DNA from: Nitrospirota bacterium
GTDB taxonomy: Bacteria; Nitrospirota; JACRHJ01
Assembly (NCBI GenBank): GCA_963845245.1
Contig: CAWJRJ010000008.1
Coordinates: 1 to 15,387, forward strand
Length of the DNA stretch: 15,387 nucleotides
Direction: 5' to 3'
Each line of letters opens with the position of its first letter. The stretch's first letter is position 1. Shown here one piece after another: positions 8,973-15,387 of this stretch. Made by a program: the position numbers and the translations under genes. A model generated the notes under the pieces. The model was not told the DNA's origin. It saw only the letters and a list, made by a program, of their open reading frames with translations, and did not search any database.

Positions 8973-9057
8973 ACTTTCTTTTGAAAGAAAGTAGCAAAGA
9001 AAACCGTTCGTTTCTTTGTTCTTTTCTTTCACGTGAAAGAAAAGAACCAGAAGAAAG
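8973..9057. repeat. Cluster of pyrimidine/purine palindromes (REP-like element) between gatC and panD
   Basis: ACTTTCTTT-TG-AAAGAAAGT (8973-8992), CAAAGAAA..TTTCTTTG (8995-9018), and the perfect 30-bp palindrome GTTCTTTTCTTTCACGTGAAAGAAAAGAAC (9018-9047). Confidence 0.75.
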
Positions 9058-9067
9058 CGGTCTTAAC

Positions 9068-9434
9068 ATGTTTCGTATAATGCTTACGGTCAAAGATACA
9101 CCGGGCCACTGTTACAGAATCGAACCTCGAGTACGAGGGAAGCCTGACGCTCGACCAGGACCTGATGGACGCGGCGGGTATGCTCCCGTACGAGCAGGTG
9201 AATGTGTCGAACTTGAATAACGGCGAGAGGTTCATGACATACGTCCTGCCCGGCGGGCGCGGCTCCGGCATGGTATGCCTGAACGGCCCCACCGCCCGCA
9301 AGGGCGCGGTCGGCGACAAGGTAATCATATTCTGCTACGAGGGATACGGCAACGAAGAGTTGAAGAACTTCAAGCCGATAGTGGTGAAGGTGGACGAAAA
9401 AAACAAGATAATAAAATCTTCCGGAGGATTTTAG
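9068..9434 (+). CDS. panD: Aspartate 1-decarboxylase proenzyme; one +1 frameshift near 9086
   Basis: Corrected reading [69 protein letters not shown] includes the G-S autocleavage site and the TY motif. Confidence 0.93.
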
Positions 9435-9435
9435 A

Positions 9436-10901
9436 TTGGACCTGTACAAACTTACAATCCACGAACTCAGGGACCTCATAGCCAAAAAAGAGGTAACCGC
9501 GAAGGACGCGGCCTTCTCCTACACACGCAGGATAGGCGCAGCTTGAGTCCGACATAAAGGCATACGTCACGCTCACGGCGGACGCCACCATCGCCATGGC
9601 GGATGAAGCGGACAAGGCCATCGCCGAAGGCAAGACTCGGGCCGCTCACCGGCATCCCGATGGCCATAAAAGACAACATGTGCACGAAGGGCATCAAGGA
9701 CTACCTGCGCGTCGAAGATACTCGCAGACTTCGTCCCGCCGTACGAGTCCACCGTCACCGCAAGGCTGAAGGACGCGGGCTACGTGATGCTCGGCAAGAC
9801 GAACATGGACGAGTTCGCGATGGGCTCATCCACCGAGAACTCGGCATTCGGCCCGACGCACAACCCGTGGGACCTAGAGCAGGATACCCGGCGGCTCGTC
9901 GGGCGGCTCGGCGGCGGCTGTCGCGGCAGACCTCTGCGCGGCCTCGCTCGGCTCTGACACCGGCGGCTCCATACGCCAGCCCGCGGCATGCTGCGGCGTG
10001 GTCGGCCTGAAGCCCACTTACGGGCGCGTGTCGAGGTTCGGGCTTGTCGCCTTCGCCTCCTCGCTCGACCAGATCGGCCCCATCACAAAGGACGTCGAGG
10101 ACTGCGCGATAGTCATGAACGTCATCGGCGGGCACGACCCGGCCGACTCCACATCCGCAAACGTCGCGATGCCGGACTTCACGAAGAACCTGAAAGACGG
10201 CATAAAGGGCCTGAAGATCGGGATACCCAAGGAGTACATGGTTGCGGGCGGCATCGACCACGAGGTCTACACCGCCATCCAGGAGTCCATAAACGTGATG
10301 AAGGGCATGGGCGCGGAGGTCGTGGAGGTTACGCTTCCGCACACAGACTATGCCGTCGCGACTTATTACATACTGGCCACGTCCGAGGCAAGCTCGCAAC
10401 CTCGCGCGCTACGACGGCGTGAAGTACGGATTCCGCGCGGAGAACCCGGTCGACCTTCTGGACATGTACAAGCAGTCCCGCTCGCAGGGCTTCGGGCCTG
10501 AGGTGAAGCGCAGGATAATGCTCGGCACATACGCGCTCTCTTCCGGCTATTACGACGCATACTACAAGAAGGCACAGCAGGCGCGCACGCTTATCAAGCG
10601 CGACTTCGACGAGGCGTTCAAGCAGGTGGACATTATCGTGACGCCGACCGCGCCGACCGCCGCTTTCAAGCTTGGCGAGAAGACGGACGACCCGCTCCAG
10701 ATGTACCTGAGCGACATCTTCACCATCAGCATGAACCTGGCGGGCATACCGGGGCTGTCGCTCCCATGCGGGCTGACACGCGAGAGGCTCCCCATCGGGT
10801 TGCAGATACTCGGGCGGCACTTCGACGAGGAGACGGTACTCCGCGCGGCGTATTCATACGAGCAGGCGACCGACTGGCACACGAGAAAGCCGACGCTGTG
10901 A
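9436..10901 (+). CDS. gatA: Asp/Glu-tRNA amidotransferase subunit A; five +1 frameshifts (~9541, ~9635, ~9699, ~9880, ~10397)
   Basis: TTG start after GGAGG ([11 protein letters not shown]). Pieces give [78 protein letters not shown] and [22 protein letters not shown]. Ends DWHTRKPTL*. Confidence 0.96.
10873..10901 (+). repeat. Direct repeat copy 1 (3' end of gatA)
   Basis: ACTGGCACACGAGAAAGCCGACGCTGTGA; 24/29 identical to 11482-11510. Confidence 0.85.
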
Positions 10902-10908
10902 TACTCTT

Positions 10909-11235
10909 ATGAGTGGAAAACTCAATGAATATATTGCTGGCTTGAGGAGGGCTGTTCAGGCCGATAGGGTTCTAATAAGAAAACATGCCGACGAGAGAGC
11001 AGGCAAAAGGAAAATTGCGTTTTCCTCGATAATAGATGTAATACTGACGGGTGAGGTGATAGAGCATTATCCGGATACTGAACCCTTTCCGGCCTGCCTG
11101 CTCATGAAGCATATAGAGCATGACAAACCGCTCTACGTAGTTTGTAGTTTTGATGGTGAGTATTGTTATGTAATAACTGTCCATTGGCTTGATCCTGACA
11201 AATGGAAAGACCCATGGACAAGGAGGCTGAAATGA
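10909..11235 (+). CDS. DUF4258-like protein (putative RelE-fold toxin)
   Basis: 108 aa with HADER...I....TGEVIEHYPD..PFPACLL....KPLYVVC....VITV..PDKW...TRR. ATGA overlap with the downstream zinc-finger gene. Confidence 0.8.
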   Translation: MSGKLNEYIAGLRRAVQADRVLIRKHADERAGKRKIAFSSIIDVILTGEVIEHYPDTEPFPACLLMKHIEHDKPLYVVCSFDGEYCYVITVHWLDPDKWKDPWTRRLK

Positions 11236-11477
11236 AGTGTCCACTCTGTGGCGGCAAGATGAAAAAAGACCACATTGATTACGAAAAACATTGGGGCCGC
11301 AAGATATATAGTTTTAAAAAAGTACCGGCTTATGTATGCATAAGTTGCGGAGATATTCTTTTGACAGGTGAAGGCGCTAAAGCCATCGAGCATATTATTT
11401 CCAGCAATGAGATGCCCGAGGAATATATAGAAGTCCCCGTTTATTCGTTGGATAAACACCTTCAGAAAGTATCTTAG
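11232..11477 (+). CDS. YgiT-type zinc-finger protein (MqsA N-terminal-like, putative antitoxin)
   Basis: ATG at 11232 after AGGAGG. MKCPLCGGKM...KKVPAYVCISCGD has two CxxC pairs; 81 aa, no HTH. Confidence 0.85.
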   Translation: MKCPLCGGKMKKDHIDYEKHWGRKIYSFKKVPAYVCISCGDILLTGEGAKAIEHIISSNEMPEEYIEVPVYSLDKHLQKVS

Positions 11478-11481
11478 CTTA

Positions 11482-11510
11482 ACTGGCATACGAGAAAGCC
11501 GACATTATAA
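11482..11510 (+). repeat. Direct repeat copy 2 (orphan duplicate of the gatA 3' end)
   Basis: ACTGGCATACGAGAAAGCCGACATTATAA translates WHTRKPTL*, the same as the gatA C-terminus. Confidence 0.85.
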
Positions 11511-11531
11511 GATGTTTGAAAGGGGTCATAT

Positions 11532-11723
11532 ATGAGCAGGGATAGCGAAGGTTATTATGCCCATGTTATGTGGCACCCAACAGATATAAAAGAATTAAGA
11601 CCCAAATGGTCTCTTAAGAAGTGTGAGAAGTGGCTTGCCGAGCACGAGGAGCATATTTCCGAAAGAGCTGTTGAGCGCGGGTGGGAAGTTATCGAGTACT
11701 TATTAGACGGCGAAAACAAATGA
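11532..11723 (+). CDS. Small hypothetical protein (63 aa, Trp- and Glu-rich)
   Basis: RBS-like AAGGGGT, ATG start, and a stop overlapping the next ATG (ATGA 11720-11723). Confidence 0.7.
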   Translation: MSRDSEGYYAHVMWHPTDIKELRPKWSLKKCEKWLAEHEEHISERAVERGWEVIEYLLDGENK

Positions 11724-13697
11724 ACCGCGATTACTATTCAAATTCGATTGCTCTTTTTGTAAAGTCCGACGTAGATGAAATACTCGGCAAGCTAGCGCTA
11801 AATAGCGATTTTGATATAGGTCAGGAACAACGCAACGCGTGGGTAGAGGAAATACGCATTCTACAAAAAGTTTTGACTCCTTATTTTGGAACAATTTATT
11901 TTGAATACTCTATCCCGAGAATGGGGAAACGAATCGACGTTCTATTAATTATAGGGCCGGCAATTTTCATTCTTGAATTTAAAGTTGGAGATAAAGATTT
12001 TTCTGCGAGTGCGATAGATCAAGTTTGGGACTATGCCCTAGACTTAAAGAATTTTCATAGCTCAAGTCATGAGCATTTTATTGCCCCAATTTTAATTGCA
12101 ACCAAAGCAAAAGATATTACACCAACCATAGCAATGACTACACAAAACGATAAATTACTATTTCCTATTAAGTCTAATTTAGAAGTACTGGGAAACGTAA
12201 TAACCGGGGTCTTATCATTTATTGATGGAGTTGATATCGATGCGAAAGAATGGGAACTAGGACAATATTGTCCTACACCTACCATCATTGAAGCAGCTAT
12301 GGCGTCTGTACAATGGACATTCCGTAGAAAATATTTCACGAAGTGATGCCGGAGCAATTAATCTAACTAAAACATCCGAAGCCGTTTCGGAAATTATAGA
12401 ATATTCAAAAAATAACTCCCAAAAATCTATTTGTTTTGTGACGGGTGTCCCAGGCGCAGGAAAAACATTGGTCGGGCTTAACATCGCGACAAAGCACATT
12501 GACAAAGATAACGATTTATATAGTGTTTTCCTTTCTGGTAATGGCCCGCTTGTTGCCATTTTAAGAGAAGCTTTGACTCGTGACAAGGTACGTCACGAAA
12601 AAGAAAATGGCAATAAACTTAGAAAAAATGAAGCAATGAGCGAAGTTAAGATGTTTATACAAAATGTTCACAACTTCAGAGACGATTGTCTTACAGATAA
12701 AAATCAGCCCATTGAACATGTTGCGCTATTTGATGAGGCGCAACGAGCTTGGGACTTACAGCAAACAGTGAATTTCATGCATCGTAAAAAGAAGATGCCG
12801 AATTTCAATCAGTCTGAGCCGGAGTTTCTTATTTCATGTCTTGATCGTCACCCAGATTGGGCAGTGGTTGTTTGCTTGGTTGGCGGCGGTCAAGAAATTA
12901 ATACTGGCGAAGCGGGGATTAGCGAATGGATCGAGTGCCTCAATCGTTCATTTCCGGAATGGAATATTTATATATCCTCTAGGCTCACTGATAGTGAATA
13001 TGGAGCAGGCACAATTTTAGAACATATTGAAGCTCGTGACAATGTATTCAAAAATGACGAATTGCACTTGTCGGTATCAATGCGGTCATTTCGTGCAGAG
13101 AATGTTTCTTTGTTGATTAAACAACTATTAGATTTGGATGATGTAAAGGCGCGAGTCACATTATCTGATATAGGAAGCAAGTATCAGATTGTTATTACTA
13201 GCGATATTTCAAAAGCAAAGCAGTGGCTAAAGAAACAAGCCCGAGGCTCGGAGCGTTATGGAATTGTAGTTTCATCACAAGCTCAGAGATTAAAACCACA
13301 TGCGATAGATGTGAAATCTCCAATGGATCCAATACATTGGTTTTTAGATAAGAAAGACGACGTTCGATCATCATATTATCTTGAAGATGTAGCTACTGAA
13401 TTCCACGTGCAAGGACTTGAATTAGATTGGGCTTGTGTAATGTGGGATGCTGACCTCAGATATACAAATGATGGATGGGATTATCGTTCTTTCACAGGAA
13501 ATAAATGGAACTACATTAAAAAACTTGAACGACAAATTTACTTAAAAAATGCTTATAGAGTTTTACTCACACGTGCTAGGCAAGGAATGGTTATAGTAGT
13601 TCCACCCGGCGATTCCGAAGACCCTACTCGTAATCCAGATTTCTATAGGCCAACATTCAATTATTTACAAAACATTGGATTTGAAGTAATACACTAA
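11720..13697 (+). CDS. DUF2075-family (Schlafen-group-3-like) SF1 helicase with an N-terminal PD-(D/E)XK-like domain; one +1 frameshift near 12305
   Basis: N-terminus [15 protein letters not shown]...ILEFKVG...[13 protein letters not shown]; Walker A GVPGAGKT; Walker [43 protein letters not shown]. The junction corrects to IEAAMALYNGHSV. About 658 aa. Confidence 0.85.
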
Positions 13698-13724
13698 AAG
13701 AATACGTTGGAGGGAGAAGCCCTG

Positions 13725-15150
13725 ATGAAATACGAAGCCGTAATCGGCCTTGAGGTTCACGCACAGCTAAAGACGAAGTCGAAGATATTCTGCGGGTGCA
13801 GCACGAAGTTCGGCTCCGGCCCGAACTCCCAGACCTGCCCGGTCTGCATCGGGATGCCGGGCGTGCTGCCGGTGCTGAACAAGACCGCGATGGACTACAT
13901 CATAAAGACCGGCCTTGCGATGGGCTGCACGATAGCCCCGTTCTCCCGGTTCGCCCGCAAGAACTACTTCTACCCCGACCTCCCCAAGGGCTACCAGATA
14001 TCCCAGTTCGAGCATCCGGTCTGCCTGGGCGGAGGGATCGAGTTCCTGCTGGACGGGCAGTTGAAGAAGGTGGGGCTTACCCGTATACACCTGGAAGAGG
14101 ACGCGGGCAAGAACATGCACGAGGGCATCGAGGGCGCGTCCCACGTTGACCTGAACCGCACCGGCGTCCCGCTGATGGAGATTGTATCGGAGCCGGACAT
14201 CAGAAGCGCCGACGAGGCCGCCGAGTACATGCGCAAGCTGCGCGCGATACTCCGGTACATCGACGTCTGCGACGGGAACATGGAGGAGGGCTCGCTTCGC
14301 TGCGACGCGAACGTGTCCATGCGGCCCGTAGGCCAGAAGGAGTTCGGCACTCGCGCCGAGCTTAAGAACATGAACTCCTTCAAGAACGTCGCAAAGGCGA
14401 TCGAGTACGAGATAAAGCGCCAGACGCAGGTGCTTGGAGGACGGCGGCAGGGTGATACAGGAGTCGCGGCTATGGGATGCGAACCTCAACATAACCCAGT
14501 CGATGCGCGGCAAGGAAGAGGCGCACGACTACCGCTACTTCCCCGAACCTGACCTGGTGCCTGTCGAGGTGAACAAGGAATGGCTGGACGAGCTTCGGGC
14601 ACAGTTGCCGGAACTGCCGGACGCGAAACGCGAGCGGTTCGTGAGCGAGTACGGCATCCCGGAATACGACGCGATGGTGCTGACGGAGTCCATCGCCCTG
14701 GCTGATTATTATGAAGGCGTCGCAAAACTCTCAGACCAGCCCAAGGTCGCGTCCAACTGGGTAATGGGCGACGTAATGCGCGAACTGAAGAACGACGGCA
14801 TCGAGATTGAACAGTGCCCGCTTGAGCCCGCACGGCTTGCCGGGATGCTGAAGCTGATCGGTGACGGTACGATATCCGGCAAGATCGCCAAGACCGTCTT
14901 CGAGGAGATATACCGTTCAGGCAAGGACGCCGACACGGTTGTGAAGGAGAAGGGGCTCGTTCAGATAACCGACGAGGGCGCCATCGAGAAGGTGATCGAC
15001 GAGATCATCGCAAAAAACCCCGGCAACGTCGAGGCATACAGGGGCGGCAAGGTCGCGCTCATGGGCTTCTTCGTGGGCCAGGTGATGAAGGCCACCGGCG
15101 GCAAGGCGAACCCTGCGAAGGTGAACGAGCTTTTAAAGAAGAAACTATGA
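13725..15150 (+). CDS. gatB: Asp/Glu-tRNA amidotransferase subunit B; one +1 frameshift near 14436
   Basis: [91 protein letters not shown] and [17 protein letters not shown]. Confidence 0.97.
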
Positions 15151-15387
15151 AAAAGCTACTGCTGTTTGCGGTGATACTGCTGGCGCTGTCGTCATGCGGC
15201 GGCAAGAAGATAACGTTGGTGAACCTCTACCACACCCAGGACTACCAGTGGCACAAGAACACTCTTTACATAAAGGTACACTGGAACATAGAGAGGCCCG
15301 ATGCCAACACCGTTGTTGCAGACGGGTATGTCGAACCGTTCGACCCGAAGACCGGACTCCGCAATGTCAGGCTTGAGCTTGTCGGCT
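15147..15387 (+). CDS. Putative lipoprotein, truncated by the window end (absent from the supplied ORF track)
   Basis: ATGA overlap with the gatB stop. Reads [38 protein letters not shown]... with lipobox LSS-C and stays open to the end. Confidence 0.8.
   Translation, partial: MKKLLLFAVILLALSSCGGKKITLVNLYHTQDYQWHKNTLYIKVHWNIERPDANTVVADGYVEPFDPKTGLRNVRLELVG

Larger units (their letters stand above)
10902..13705 (+). mobile_element. AT-rich accessory islet between gatA and gatB (no integrase or transposase seen)
   Basis: Sharp composition shift (17/60 GC at 12121-12180 versus 43/60 at 10021-10080), TA- and defence-like cargo, and a gatA-end direct repeat. Confidence 0.7.

Noticed and set aside
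8971..9060. Possible CRISPR array or T-box/riboswitch
   Set aside because: No repeat-spacer periodicity, no cas genes, and no T-box or known riboswitch consensus recognised.
8963..9220. 85-aa ORF MNNHFLLKESSKENRSFLCSFLSRERKE...
   Set aside because: Translation of the palindromic repeat fused to the first codons of panD, then out of frame.
10875..10890. TGGCAC...GC in the gatA-tail repeat as a sigma54 promoter
   Set aside because: Spacing is GG-N11-GC and the TTGC element is missing.
13698..13724. Third gatA-tail copy or a duplicated gatB start at the right edge of the islet
   Set aside because: Searched by eye and found none; only the gatB RBS region is present.
13767..14513. 248-aa antisense ORF within gatB, and similar antisense ORFs over gatA, trxB, mlaF and the NHL gene
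   Set aside because: Expected shadows of genes with strong GC3 bias; no independent evidence.
8682..15150. Pseudogene or programmed-frameshift interpretation of gatC, panD, gatA and gatB
   Set aside because: Uniform +1 lesions, intact catalytic motifs and no shared slippery sequence fit sequencing error better.

Overview
Bacterial chromosomal window with GC-rich housekeeping genes. Gene content is compatible with a diderm such as Nitrospirota or a delta-proteobacterium, but the taxonomy is a guess. Left to right: an M16 peptidase-family subunit (+); a convergent minus-strand operon trxB-cyclase(KynB-like)-mlaE-mlaF-mlaD sharing a bidirectional terminator with it; a CBS-pair protein; a secreted NHL/Fn3 protein with its own sigma54-type promoter and terminator; then gatC-[palindromic repeat cluster]-panD-gatA-[AT-rich insert]-gatB-lipoprotein (+). 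Thirteen frameshifts, each repairable by removing one base, hit eight genes including gatCAB, so they are most likely sequencing errors. The main finding is in the ~2.8 kb insert between gatA and gatB. The last 8 codons plus stop of gatA are duplicated 609 bp downstream with only synonymous differences. The two copies bracket a DUF4258/YgiT toxin-antitoxin-like pair, and the second copy heads a module of a 63-aa protein plus a nuclease-DUF2075 helicase. This suggests cassettes stacking at the gatA 3' end with no integrase in view.
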